Assembly (NCBI GenBank): GCA_964035545.1
Contig: OZ037768.1
Span: forward strand, 11,440,741 to 11,504,740
From: Bugula neritina
Taxonomy: Eukaryota > Animalia > Bryozoa
DNA: 64,000 bases
Reading direction: 5' to 3'
How positions within the stretch are numbered: the stretch's first letter is position 1; each line of letters begins with the position of its first letter. Below, one piece after another: positions 13,100 to 27,774 of this stretch. The translations under genes were made by a program, and so were the position numbers. The notes under the pieces were generated by a model that saw only the letters and a list, made by a program, of their open reading frames with translations, was not told where the DNA came from and searched no databases.

Positions 13100-16000
13100 C
13101 TATTCACTTGCTACAGATTTGAACTTCTTAATGCAGCTGGCATCTATTCATTCCAAACTCAATGGCTAATTACAAATCTAACTCTCTCACCGAGAATAAC
13201 TTTCCGTAAACACGCTTTGCTACCTCCAGCTAGATTATTGATCTTAAGGGAATAGTTACTAATTTTATAATTCTGGCCAAGTAACGTTGGAAATACTAAG
13301 CAAGTTGGATTTACTAACTAGCCGGTGTGACATTTATGATCTTGCTCAGAAATCTGGAGCCAATTCACAATAAAATGTTCCTTCAATCGCCAACAATCAG
13401 TAATCATTACAATCATTACCTTTGAGGCAGCAGGAAATGGCTGGTGTAAACAACTAAAATGTTGTAACTAATTTCTCCCCCAACAATTATGCCAGTATTC
13501 TAATGCAAATTAATACATTAAGCAGCAACACCAAATCTTGCCAATTTTCACAAGCTATGCTGACTTTTTTCCTAATTCAATCAATAGCAGTACTTCCTAC
13601 TGTCTGCTAAAGGGTACATGAATTTGCTTTGAATCATCAGGTGAAGAATTTGACCTTTTAAACTTGCCAACAAAACAACCACCCTAGTGGCAGCATTGTT
13701 AGGCTGAGCTGGTTTTAGTAGATGGGTGTACTGTAACACAGCTCATTATTTTAAAGAAACGCAGCAGTAGTAACGCCTACTTTCTGTCAGTACACCTCTC
13801 TTATAGCTGTAAGTTTAGAATTTAGATTATATCTCAGTAGGTAGTGATAACTTAGCAGTTAGTTCTACTAATACATATTGAAATTTTAACTGATGGCAAA
13901 CCTTTGTATGGTCATTTTTGTTTTTTATTGGATAACATTTTCAGCCCTTCCCTGATTTGTATGATTTCATATTTGTTTCTCACAAGAAGTAATTGTGAGG
14001 CATTAAGAAGGGCCTTTGTTGGTCAGTTATATATGGCTTTTGTTGGAGTGTAGCTTAGTCTTGGATGTTGTGTGTATTTATTGGTGTGCCTGATGAATAG
14101 TTGAGCCACAGTGGCTCCATGCTCTTTACAAAAACCTTCAGTTATTGTGGTTAAATAGACATTTCCCAATAGCAACATGGCTTAAATGCATGCAAACAGC
14201 TTCATTGAATCCATACTTGAAAAAATCTCTAATCCTTCGTAAGTATGTAAACATGGGCTCACGATACTACTCTAAATACTTGTGAAGTAATTTTGCATCT
14301 TAATTAAAAATTGTTTCTAAGCTATAATATTATGTACATTTGTCACTATTTCTCATTTTGCTAAATTATCTTTTATATAAAATAGCATCATAAATCAGCC
14401 ATTATTACATTTTACAGGTATTAGCTGTATGGTTGTACGCCTCTCTTGATATTTCTTCTTTATTACACTGCCTGCCTGTTCTCCGCTCATAGTTATGTTG
14501 ACTTCTGCGTGTTTCAAGCTTATCTTTATTGATTTATTTCTTTATAATAAGATGGAACAGCTGCTATAGATGATGTAGTGTTGGATCCTTAAGTTATTAT
14601 CTATTGTAAGGTTAAGCAAACTAATGCAATTATTACTCTTCAGTAAGCAAGGACTAGCAAGAACTCCATAGGCATATACTAGTTGTCAAATCATTCAAGG
14701 GAATTATTTTTTAGTGTCATTGAAGTTCAACTTTAGCCCAGAGACCTTTGATAATTGCACTATGAACCATAAATGTCTCATTAAAATTCAAATTTGCTTT
14801 ACATGGTTGATGAAAAATCCCAGGAAGTTTGATGAGCTAAGTGCGTGCTCTTGCATAACTAATAGTAAGCTTTTCTACTTGCATCCTTTATGATGAATGC
14901 TTGTCGTGATTTGGTAGTCTCCCATGGTTTCAGTAGCGAAGCAGCGAATGACTGACATCTTCATCTGCTTTCTATTTCAACGTAGTCATACTATTTTACT
15001 GAGTCCAGCTGTGAATAAACGAATTTCTAAAGATACAATAGCAAACGTGTTGAATAGATTTCAGTTACTATTGAATTGTCATCACAAACTGTTGGTTGGT
15101 TACACATTCCTAAGACCTAATGTAGGATTTTTTTTGTTGATGTTTACTCATTTAAATTTAAACTAGCAATCTTTCTTTGAAATTGGCTTACAAAACAACA
15201 CTATTCAAAACACTGTTAACCCCTTAGATGTAAATAAATTTCTCCGTTTTTCTGCGTAGGTGTAGCATGTACACTTACGTATTATTCCTATAAAGTTTAG
15301 TCTCCTCTAGAAACTAAAGAATGTTTATAGAGAAGAGAGTCAGCCTTTTTGTCTACATTTTGTTGTTTCTATCGTGTTATCTCATTGTAAAGTAAACTGT
15401 ATTCTGCTGTCTATGTAAATGCAGTTTTCTTCCCAATGGTTAAATAATGAAATAACATTTCCTCTTTTTTATTTTTCATTGTTTTACAGTTTATCTTGTC
15501 CTGGACAGTTGTCTGAATGGCTTCCCTCCGCAACCTTTGTCTTCATTTTTGTTGGCCCTCAACATAAATTAGGTACTTGATAAAAATCTGAAAAGCCAAT
15601 ACTAGGTTGGCCATAGCTCTAAGCATTGTTTGACTAGATTTGTTAGGTTACTAGACAATTAATTGTGAGATAGATGTTGCTAACAACCGAGTATTTCCCC
15701 CTTAGAAGAGTGTGGGTTGTATTGATTAGTTTACACAGCTAGATAATAACTTGACAACTCACAAACTACAATAATATAATTAATGCCTGTTTCAAGTAGT
15801 TCAGAAAGCAGGTGTGAAAAGTTGTTAATTTGCAAACTGTAACATTGCCCGTAGAAAAATATACATTACATTATTACAGATAATATATCAAATATCCCAT
15901 GCTAGTTCTTTGCTTGAGCTTCTCTCATATTATGTTATACTTCAAGTATGTATCTAATTTGCTGCCTAGTATGCTGCTGAGTGGTCATGTGCTAGCATTG

Positions 16001-18270
16001 AGTTACTTCGTAAACATGTCATACTAATTGACTGCATTTTGTTGAAGCTCGTGAGATTCCTGCTGCATATTCAACAACTACTAGCAGTGATATTGGTTGC
16101 ATCAGGACTCATAAATACAAATAACTGTAAGTGCTAGGTATAATATAAAGCAGTTCTTTGTCAATATGACTCATCTCATACATTTTTAATTAGTTGTGTT
16201 ACATTATAGGTGTGGAGTATATACATGTAATGTTGCTGTGGCAGAGGATGTTAACTGTGAACATGCTAATGGCATATATTATGTTATTATGGCCAAGTGT
16301 CAGTTATTGTCAAGCTGATCTACAGGCTTGACAGAGGTGCTATCATAAGAAGGGAAATGGGATGCATTTTGAAATATCAACAAATTTTATAATTGGATTG
16401 GATAAATAACTTTTCAGGTAAGATTGTAACAATCCAGGACTCTAAGTGTCTCTGCACTAAGAATGATGGCTGCCATAGGCTGTAGGCAATGGTAACAGCT
16501 AATAAGGTTAGTGTCAACTTTAAGTCATCCACTAAGCTATTGATTTGCTGTCCACCACCACAAGTTGCTGACTACTTGAATAAATTACTTTGGGCTATGC
16601 TATATATATTCCTACTCTGCTCCAAGCAGCAGTTGTCAGCTTGACATCGCGACTCCTACATTGAAATATTCTCATTATTGCTGCTCGGATATATTTTATC
16701 TTCATTGATAATCGACAATGCCAGCGTGCTTGGTGTAGCCATGTCAACGCCAATAACATACTCACTTTATCTGGATTCTAAGAGCCATTTTCTCAGATAA
16801 TTATTCTATTAAACTGTCATCTTCAATTGAAAAATGATGCATTGTGTAGATATTAGTTTGTAGTAAAAAGCATATGAAATTCTCATGGAAGAGCTGATGG
16901 AGATCTGATTACCCTTGAAGTAGTTGCGAATTGTCTCTTGTTGAAGATTGCTGAGTAGATTTTCATACTATTGGACTTGTGGTGGAGCAACTGGGAGCAC
17001 TTGCAGTTAGTCAATGAGTAACAATGACCTAGTGAAGATGGTGTTAATTAAATTTAGTCGGGGTAAGTAATTCAACTTTTGATTTCAATTTGTATTCTTT
17101 AAGAAGTAGTTAATTTAGAACTTTTCTAGGCTAAGATCAGGGGAAGTAATCACTTCTTTGTGTTTAAAAGAAAGTGCTAGCATTCTATGATAGTGTAGTT
17201 AATTTGTGGCTCAGTTGGTGGCAGTGTTGAATGGTTTGTGGTTAAGGTTTTGGCGCTAATTTTTTGTAGAGCATGTCAATGGGTATTGTTTGTTTAATAC
17301 TTGTGTATACCTAAGGTTATTGTATTGAAGAAGGGCCAATTGTATCAATGAACTATTAGTTCCATTGTTCCACTAGATACAGTTTATCATTCAACATGGC
17401 CGACCATACTTGTTGGCTTGACTAACCAGCCTGATTTCTGGCTCAACCTTTGTTTGCTTCTTGGGTGAGCAAGAATTCAGGTGGGCTTGTTAGCTGTACA
17501 CATAACCAATGGAATATTGCAGCTAACTCAGCTGTAGATGGATAAACATAGTTACTGTGCGACAAAGAGTAAAAATAGTGACATCAAACTTGTACCAGGA
17601 GTTGAAATTTGCATCATTAATTGACTAATTTCCAAATAACAGGTTTTCAGCTTTGTTAATAGCCACATTGTCAAGAGTATGTGGGAAGTTATATAGCAGT
17701 CTGTTTAAACTCAAATTGGCAATGGTAGTTTTTGTCTTTTCTCTCACACCTTAATCTTTGATCAACCCTGAAATATATGTTGTTGAGCAAAGTTTCAGGT
17801 GTAAGGGATTAGATTTTCAAAATACACCCAATTACTTGGCTTCTTTCTGCACAGTTTGGCCACCATGAAGTGGAGCACTAGCCAAGTTAACTTGATGTCT
17901 GATTTCTTGATCAACCCCTATTTGATGAGGGTGAGCAAGGATTCAGGTGTGCAGATAATTGGCATCCAATACTCAAATTTGGAAGTTGAGGTGTCAGGAT
18001 GCTGTCTTCACGTCTCAGACTACGTGACGAGGTGTGCGGGCCTTCTATCAGGCTGTGATACTTTACTAGCAATAGTTGTGTCACCTAGTGTTTTAATGCT
18101 AAATGATGGCAATTTTATTCTATCTTCTATTATTTTGTATTGAATTTTATTGAATGGCTGAAATCTCTTGAGAAATGAAGTAAACTTTTACTATCAATAA
18201 TCTAAGTCTCCGGGTGTGTTTATACTTTTGTTGAAAAGAATACAGAGTTTCACTTAATTTCACTTAATTT
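13100..18270 (-). mobile_element. Heavily decayed, possibly near-full-length non-LTR retrotransposon
   Basis: Minus-strand remnants in LINE order: three related Cys/His ORF1-like repeats (~17450, 17770, 17920), VIGVD endonuclease-like motif (~16750), CPGQDK (APGPD-like, ~15495) and an RNase H-like ITDC (~13390). No intact ORF; boundaries approximate. Confidence 0.4.
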
Positions 18271-18293
18271 CACCTCTTTATAGGTTACTAAAA

Positions 18294-18332
18294 TAACCAG
18301 CCACCCACACAGGATCACGGGTGAAAGGTGAC
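18294..18332 (+). mobile_element. 39-bp RTE 3'-end insertion with TSD
   Basis: taaccagccacccacacaggatcacgggtgaaaggtgac resembles the RTE 3' end at 7323-7371. It is flanked by atagg(t/c)tactaaaa at 18280-18293 and 18333-18346. Confidence 0.75.
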
Positions 18333-21300
18333 ATAGGCTACTAAAACATATTGAAATCATTTTGATGAGGAAAATCAATTTCTAGTAGTAAAATATGACT
18401 TGGGCAATTGCTATTTGATGTCCTTTGAAAACATATTTCTCCAAAGTCAACTGGTAAAAGCAATAACTGAGAATGGCAGCTGATAGGATTATCAAGTTTA
18501 AGGTGTTCCTTGAATCATTAATCTTTATTATAGTAAGTTATCTAATTCTAAAGGTAATAATTTAGTGCCAATATTTGACCCTTTTACTATTCTACAGACA
18601 CAGAAAGTTATGACTAGACAATAAATTTAATGAGTGGCTTAAATTATAATGCAGGGCTTGTCAGTGAAATTCACAACTCTGTCAAATTGAATTTTTGGCT
18701 AAAAATTTCGAAGGGATAAACTCACTTTTCATCATGTTAGAAATGCTGCATCCCATACTGTAATTTTTTAAAAAAAAATCAGTAAAAAATTCATCTTTTA
18801 GATATCGGTTTTAACCTTTGTCAACTCACTACACATTTCACTTAAATTGGCAAAAGATTACCCATTTGTCATTCTAGAGTATTCCAACATCAATGCACCA
18901 CTGCTTTGTTCAAACATCCTACAGTAGTACATCTGTTCATCTTGATAGAATGCCCTACTTTTCTTATTATTATTGATTATTGAATTTTCTTTCACATACA
19001 CTCTTAGAGTCTATTAATATTAATTTTACCATTATGTAATGGTGTGACAAATGTAGGGTAATATTCTTCTCTGGCTCATATTATTTTAAAAAATTGTAAT
19101 AAACAACTAAGTTCTACATTGCAGAAAAGGCACGGCATACTGCAATATGTGGATAGATCCTACTGTACTCGTACAAATGTAGCTTTCGAATTTATAACAT
19201 TTACGCTGTAAGTGCATAAAGACTATTTTCACTTGACTCAGATTTCTAATATCTAGCATTTTAAATTCATGAAAATTATTTCTACATGTATTGAAGGGAA
19301 CCAGACTGAAGCTGTGTGTTTTCACTGCCATGACAAACATATTGGAATTGTACGATATATGACAATAGGTCATTAACAGCATGGGATAGTTCTGCTATGT
19401 TTATAGATTATCCGAAGAGTAAAATGCATTAATTCCAACTGCATAGCTACAGAAACATATTATTATGCAACTTAAACTAATTAAACAAATTACGTTTAAG
19501 TGAATTTCACTATTGATAAGAGCATTGAAATTGCCTACAATTTGAAAATAATGGCATCTGCTGTATATGCTTGTGCCAGTAAAATTAGAAAAGTAGTTAG
19601 TTATGTTTTATAGTCTAATATAAGTCCTAGAAAAACGAGAAAACACTCAATTTCAAAACGTGTTATTTATAATATTGTGGCAGTTGCTTAATACAGGTTA
19701 AAATATTAATTTCTGATTAATGCATGGACACCATTAATGTCATTTCTTAGCTTGAATGGTCAGCCATAACATGCTTAATCTTAATCAAACAATATCTATT
19801 AGTTATAGTCAACTAGCTTTATAATGCTTTATCTCATGTTTGTTTGAATAACAACATAATAGAATAATTATATTAAACTATGGTCACCAACATCTGCCCA
19901 TACTCACCACTTAGCTTGTGATTTTAAAGATTTTGTCTATGAAATATGTCAATATTGTACAACACTTCTCAAGTCTAATGCAATTTATGTGTTAGGGTAT
20001 TAGAGTTTAGAAATTCTTGAAACAGTGACAAATTTGTTCACAATGAGTGAGATGAGACTGGAACAATTAAATCTGCACTTGATATGAAGACAATGCCATG
20101 TGTCGTAGATGTCAAGTTGGGAAATATTTTTCCTAAATGATGGGAATGCAGTCTCTTGTTGAGAGGACAACTCTTAGTAAACTCAGATCTTTTTATAGTT
20201 ATTTATAATACATAGTATTAAGGATATAAATAACTTATAAATTGGAAAGAGCAAAAAATGAGCTCAAGTGCTAAATATATAAATATCCAAAACTGCTGCC
20301 AAATCATGATAAAGCAAGAGTGAGTTTTACAGGAAACAACTTCACTCTTTCTACACTCCGTCATTTCTCTCATCTATCCCTTGCATAAAATTCCCTGTGA
20401 ATGTTGTACTAATTAAATATCAGCAAATTGTTGCTTAAGCTTAAAACTATTTGCTTTTAGTGCAATTTGAAAAAAAAGGATAAAAAAAATTTGTTGATGG
20501 AAGTTTAGTTTTTTCAATTTATAATCTAGTGTTGAGAATTAGCAATTTAGTGAGCTAGGAGACAAATTAAAAGCATTTTCAACTGACATTATGATGGTTG
20601 AGAATTAAGCTAATAATAAGTGGAGCCTTTATGGCAATAATTTAAAAGTGGGTTGGCATTTTCAAGTAAAGACTTATAATATTAATATGCCTGATTTAGT
20701 TGAAGAGAAACACGAAACCTCTTGAAGAGTTTTCAAAACTCACATGTTCTGAAGAACTCAATAAAAGTAATATTGATTGCTGCACCCTTCTATTTAAGCA
20801 GTATATGATACTTACGTTAGTTAGTGTTTAAAACATTACAATTTGCTGCTCTGAAGAGATTACAACAAATTTCAATGAGATGAGTTTACAATTTATGTGC
20901 GTCTTAGTCCAGCAATGTGCGAAACAGAAATTTTTTTTAGATACTCATTGCGAATTCATTTGCTCAAATAGCTAAGATATTTGGTTTAAATGTAGGAGAC
21001 AGAAAATATTTCAAGTATAAGAAGCATGAAACTGTTAATAATGTCCTCACACCAAGTGCCGGTTTAATACATACAATTATTATTGCCTCATATTACTCAA
21101 TAGGAACAAATTTGTCTCTCTTTTCAAGAATATTTAAAATCTAATGTCATATGAATTTGCTACTATTTATTTTAGTTAGTAGATTAATTGTAGCCTTCGA
21201 AATGTAAAAGGGTTTTTTAATTTGTCTTATAGTCTGTCTGTCATAGTCTGTCTTGTAGATGAGAAAATTGGCTTATATTGTGCACATGACATGCTAAAGG

Positions 21301-24300
21301 TCACTTATAGCTAACTGGTAATGTCAAGACGATCAAATTTAAGCTACAATTACTCTTGTGAAGACTATGCTGACAACTATAACAAATGACATATTTTTAT
21401 AATTCATGATATAATTTCTTTTATATAAAATAAAATAGTTTGCAATGTATTGTTTGTTGTCAAAGAAATGCAGTAAATTCATTTTATGTTGCTAATTCCA
21501 CTTACATTAACTCATCTACAATTTTCCTAACCTCTTCAAATGGAATCATTCAGGACTTTAAACTAGATTTTATTTGAAATTTTAGTTCAAAATTTATATA
21601 TTAAATATTAAACTGTAAACACAAACACTAATCAACCTTCTCTCTATAGCAATATCTGTCTTTAAAAAAGCCATTTCACAAAAGTAAATCACTACATTTT
21701 AGCATGATGGAAATCGGAGTGTGCTTACAAATGTTAAAATATATGTTCGGCAAGCTTGATTATGCAGTGTGACATTGATTTCTAACAACAGCACAGCTGC
21801 CATGTAAACCTAACTTGTTTATTGAAAGTTTTGTGTGCTTGGCACTAATGTGCTATAATCATTAACAAAACTTTAATGAGCACAAATTCTTCTAATGCCT
21901 TATAATAGTTTAATAATAAGAAATGTTGCTTACCTAACATACACGACACACACTAACACATTTTTGAATTTTATAAAAAATTAGGCTGTGTGTTTAGCCT
22001 ATATATTTTTAAAGCTTTTCTATGACTGCCAGTATTTTAACGAAGTGAGTCCAACGGTCATTAATATGAGTAAATTATTTGCTGAAAACTTGCTACATAA
22101 CTCATTGTCTCAATTGAAGATTTGCAAGTTGATTATACAACATAACTCAAGATATTGCTTGACTTGACTTAAACTTGGCTTGAAGTGCTTTTGCTTAGAC
22201 AGTGGCTTGACATGGCTTAGTTATCCATTGGATGGCTTGATTTGCTGTATTAGCATTTCTTACTCAACTTTGACACTTTGTTATAAAGATGATCAGCAGG
22301 TGCAATGAACTAATCAGCTAAAATAACGATTTTCTCAATTTTTTGTTAATTACTGTAGATTAAAGTTTTTACTATTAGGATTTAAAATTCAGGTTGAGAT
22401 TTTTACGTCATCACCCATACAGCCAGTAAACCTTAAAATTACTACACAATACATTTTAGTGGACGATATATGATCAGTAAGAACCAAAAGTTAGAGCCAG
22501 TAGTATACCAATGCAGGAAGTCGAGTCGATGAAATAACAAAACTAAGTAATCGTGTAACATTATTAGCTTTTAAAGTTTTGTCTGTAGTGAAATCAGAGA
22601 TTAAAAATTACATCAAAATGAAAAATATTTTCCATTGGTACAAACTAAATGTTACAAAGCATTTACTTGTAGACAATAGACATATACACAAGGATTATAA
22701 CATTTGAAGCCAATGCAGTATGCAAACCAACCCACCTTTCGTACAAACACCATTAAATTGTAGGACTATATAACTTTATATTTAAAAAAACTACATTTGC
22801 ATAATAATATGCTACAGAGTATATAGATAATGGCATAGTACAGTTTGTGTAAAGCACTATAACATAAGATATAACATATTTGGGGTGATTTTAGATCAAA
22901 ATCATTTTTAAAAAGTGCCTACACATTATTATTGTATTCATACAAAGGCAAATAAGTACCAAATACAAATACTTCAACCTCTCCTAATTACAATCCAATA
23001 CTTTATGTAATGTAACAGCTTTAATATTGCAATGTACACTTTAAAGCTTATACGAAATTAAAAAAATTCCAGCAGTACATAATACAAAGCTAAAATTAAA
23101 GTATCAGACTGACAGTACCATATAACAAATAGAAACATTTAATGGAAAATGTCAGGTTGATGGCAGTCAAATTTCAAGTCGAGCTGTTCATATACATTGT
23201 ATTGTCACTGACATTCTTGGCAAAGATGAAACAGAAGGCTTTATATATTAATTTTTTAACCTTGGCCACTTTGAAAGTCTCATAGGTAAATATTAATTAG
23301 CAATGTATAATAACTTGTAGGCGTTATTGCCTCCAGAAAAAATGCCAACTGCGGTTTTTCATCATTTAGGTTCCTCTAACATGCAAAGTAATTAATAATC
23401 ACGCAGGATAGGTGTAGAATTGTGACTTTTCAACGCTTTTCTAGCTCTACAGCACGTATTTATAGTGTTGAAAGTTTTTGTCTGTGAGCAAAGCTAATAC
23501 ACTCAAAACTAAAGCTAAAAGTTATAATCTTAGTAAAATTTTCATCTCTGCACATAACAAAATAAAACATATGATAGCAAACTGGAGCTTTTTGCTGCAG
23601 AATTTATAGTAAATGTAGAGTTGTCTATCCAGATATTCTTATATACTATTCAGGTTTTAGCCATTTTAAAAAGGCTGCAAAATATTGTTCCTGACCACAA
23701 ATACCACCACATCTTTATTTTTCTAATCAATGTATCTATGTGAAAGGCAATCTATTATTTTGTTACATTATATTATGTTAAAAGTGGCTTACATGCATTT
23801 TTAAGAACTATTCAGATATTTTATTTTACTACAATAATTGGCAAGTATAGTAAAATAATTTGCTTCAATTGTTAACAAAACGCAAGATAGGTGCTGGGCA
23901 CTATAGCCATATGGACCATAATAGTAGTATAACTTATTTACATTGAATAGCATAATTACACATGCATAGTTAAAAGTTTCGTAAATTACTATTTTACAAA
24001 CCTGAATAAGTTATACTAAATATAATTATCAAAAGAAAAACTTTCAATCAATAATAATATGTTATGGATGTTTATAGGCTTGAAAATGTAAACTTGTAAT
24101 GTAGTAAATTTATTACATCAAGAATATTCAGTTTCGCTTTAAACTATTTGGAGTTATCTAACCTCCAAGTTTGCTTAACTGGAGCTTGCAAATACAGTTA
24201 CACCGGCACTGGTAGCATACTCTAATGATGAAAATCATACTATATGTCAATTTTCAAACTGATTTTTGCTTAACAAGGTAAAATGACATTTTACGACAAC

Positions 24301-24467
24301 AATCAAGGGCTATATATTATAATCATCTATCTACTTACCTAGTAACTGGACACGGTTATATCATGTTAATTCTTTTATTTATATTGGTAGAGGTGACTAA
24401 ATTAAATGATAGTAGACATGGTAAGATAAACTAGCGGTTTTCTTTTTGATACAAGATGAAGTAACTT

Positions 24468-24840
24468 AACAAGAAACAATATGCGGAGTCTAAAGAATTA
24501 GACTCCGCATTGTTTAGACTGTGATCAATTTCTCTGAAAGTGTCTATTGGGGAAGCTGTTGGCGGAAAATCAAATATAAAACTACTACATTTCAAATTCA
24601 ATAGTTTAGATAATACGGATTTAAAGTAACAGTAAAATATTCTATATTTCGTTCTATTATAAAAAAATGGCATAATTAAAATTTTGAATCATACTGATTG
24701 TAATTGTCATAAGTCATTCGACATAGATCTTAAGATAAAAACTAAACTTTGCAAAGAAATTAGGTAAAAGTATTACAAAATAGTAAACTAATAAGAAAAC
24801 AATAGTGATATTCCCTATACATAAAGGTAAAAAAAATAAA
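24468..24840. mobile_element. Possible non-autonomous Helentron/HINE-like element with a terminal hairpin
   Basis: AACAAG start followed by a perfect 13-bp stem atgcggagtctaa-agaa-ttagactccgcat (24481-24510). The hairpin is certain; element class and right boundary are inferred. Confidence 0.35.
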
Positions 24841-24953
24841 ATTTGATAAAATTACATTTTATCAGAATTAATATAAATGCATAGAATATTTTGATATAGA
24901 TACAATATATTACGATGTACAACAAAAATTTAAAGACCTGGGAAACCAAACAG

Positions 24954-27636
24954 TCACACAATCAGCCTACTAGAGTCTCTGCCATTATCTGGTGCAGCTG
25001 AATCTTCCAGTGGGGGGTCAGTATTGGCATCATATGGAGGAGCAGCATTGGAAGGCAACACACTGCTGCCGTCACTTCTTATGACATCCTCATATGGAGG
25101 CGGAGAAGCAGCCTCGGCATAGGAGGGAGGAGCTACAGAATCACACGGTTCAGGACTCTGTGGGTGTCTGAATTGCTGCCGCAATCTCGCTTCTCTCAGC
25201 TCCTGAGCATCTAACTGTGCATCTTGCAATACAGCAGCCACCCGTTGGTTCCATACTACAGCACATGGTAATTATCAATATCATTCTGTTACTGTTAAAA
25301 TCATACTTATTTTATTATTACATCTTTACTTGTGTTAAGCAGTGTTCAGTCATCAGTTGAAATTTAGCAATAAAATAAACTCTGAAAGCTTTTGAAGCTT
25401 CTCTGAGAGAGTTTGCTGTTCCATCTGATATTTCAGATTGCAAATTTATAAGCAATGTTTTAGCTGTCATTATGATTATTATATATTCATGCTGAGGAGG
25501 GATGGGACAAACCATAAGACCCTGACGTACACAAATTGAGTTAAATCAAATCATTAAATTTGGCAAAAATAAATTGTAATCAACACAATAAATAACACAA
25601 GACTATGACTTAGCAATTCATTATAAATCCTTTAGAACTGACCACAATAATAAAATAATCAGAATGAAAAACGAACAGTACTTCTATATAAGACTCACTT
25701 GTTCTAATTTGTGTCAGTTTCCGCTGTCTTATCTTGTAAATAACGATGGTGAAGAAAATAAAGAGGAATACCAATGGGATGGATATGCTTAGAATAATAA
25801 CCAGTGAAACTACAAAAAATGAGTAGATCACATTATGTTGCATTGATAATGGTAAATGCTACATTGCATTGCTAATGGTAGATATTACATTGCATTGCTA
25901 ATGGTAGATGTTACATTGCATTGCTAATGGTAGATGTTACATTGCATTGCTAATGGTAAATATTACATTGTATTGCTAATGGTAGATATTACATTGTATT
26001 GCTAATGGTAGATGTTACATTGCATTGCTAATGGTATTCACAGGGTACACTAAACATACTCAGGCCTGCTCTATAAACCGATAGTGAAGCGCAGCATCCA
26101 TCCACACATAGCAGATGCTGCAAGCTATTAGCTATCTCAAGCAGGGGAGTTGACACTTGACAAAAATACAAACAAATAAATGATATTTTATCATCCAAAC
26201 CTCACCTTCTTACTAACTACTTTCATGAGAGGCAACAGTGTCAAGGAAACTAGGAAATGAATCAAGTAGGATAAAAATGTTGTATTCTAGGTTATGGCCA
26301 TAGCCTACTACTATAGGGCAGTTTTGCAAGACATTATAAGCAATGCTTCAAGGAAGCTATGGGGCAATATAATTTAAGGCACCAATGTTACCTATAACAC
26401 CCAACACCTACAAACACTAGTAAATACATCTTAGTACAAACACTAGTAAGTCATATCTTCTGTACAATACTATGACAGAAACAAAATTACAATTCATTCA
26501 AAATTTCCAACTATTATATTATAGCATGAGAAGTCACCTGTAGTCTGAGGAATATTTGGAGTTACAGTTATCTTTAGAGAACCACTCTCAACACTATATC
26601 TATCGTATATAAACTTCACCACAGTGGATGTCGAATGGAGTTCATCAGAAGGAAATGTTCGCCCATATGGATACTCATACTCTGCCTGGATAACAAACAA
26701 CACAACTTCATCCAACCATGTAAGTTATATATATAGTTTACTGAAATTTAGTTTAAAAGAAAGATTATTGAATAGCTGAACAAAATGTATGTCACTTGTA
26801 ACTTTGTTATGTATAATGTGTTGAAACTTTCAGAATGAAAAATTGCAAAACACAGAACTAGCTTCACACATGACTAGACATTATATTTCAAAAGGAGTGA
26901 TTTATTGAGGAATAAGTGGCATGCAACTTTCTCTGAGTCACAACTTACTAGCAGGTCCAAATAGAGAGTTTCCGAACTGATGTAAGAGGCACTGGTGTAG
27001 TTAGCCTCGCGAACTGATAAGGAACCAACAAAATCTGTTTCCTCAAACTCTATAGTAAATGTACAGCCACTACAGTCATCATATTGTTGGTTGCTTTGAC
27101 GGACAATGAACACCTGATCACACCACAGGCCGTCAGTGTTACCAACTTTTGTCTGTAGAATTACTCTGTCTCCACCATATAGTTCTCGTTTGACGCAACA
27201 ATCAGATGATGTTCCAATACAATCTACAATGATTATATTGTTTTATTATTTTATTCCTTTATTTTATTATTTTATATTATTTTATTCCTTTACAAATTAA
27301 AATATAAGATAAGGATACAGAAACTTTCAACATTACAGAAACTAAATTTCCATAAAAGGACTTAGCTGACAACACAATTAATTGAGAATAATTCTAAATT
27401 AAAAATGCAGTTAATTAGTTGAGTCATTAACCTGTAAAACCAGTTACTTCAAAAAATCTATTTAAACCTATAAAACAACTTTGTGCAATAAAACACTATA
27501 TAACAAATAGTCCACTAAAATTTATAAGAAATGAAAGATGCTTACCATAATAGTCTGTTGACACAACAATGTCAAAAGAGAAGACGGTGATTAAAAGAAT
27601 TTGACGCAGCTTGCTGGTAGAAGATGGAAACAGCAT
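24954..27636 (-). CDS. Type-I membrane protein with divergent CUB-like ectodomain and PPxY-motif tail (paralogue 1, ~308 aa)
   Basis: Exons 27636-27546, 27223-26949, 26685-26538, 25809-25699, 25255-24954; all GT-AG, phases 1/0/1/1, total 927 nt. N-terminal hydrophobic stretch, TM VSLVIILSISIPLVFLFIFFTIVIY followed by KIRQRK, and a tail with PPSY, PPPY and APPY ending RLIV. Confidence 0.88.
25836..26036. repeat. Intronic minisatellite, about 8 copies of 26 bp (ACATTGCATTGCTAATGGTAGATGTT)
   Basis: Directly visible; it ends ~25 nt from the acceptor of the TM exon. Confidence 0.95.
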
Positions 27637-27774
27637 AATGGTGGCCAATGCTTACTACTGTTTATGTTGAAAATACACCTTGGTAATATTCTTAATGCGT
27701 CACCACCCCAGTTATTGACCTGAAAACGCATTACATAAGTACTGTTAAACTTATATTGATTTAAAATCTTCACT

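Noticed and set aside
19100-21400. Coding-like composition and the 19107-19382 ORF
   Set aside because: No consistent frame, splice pattern or motif recognised; could be an old TE or pseudogene and needs a translated search.
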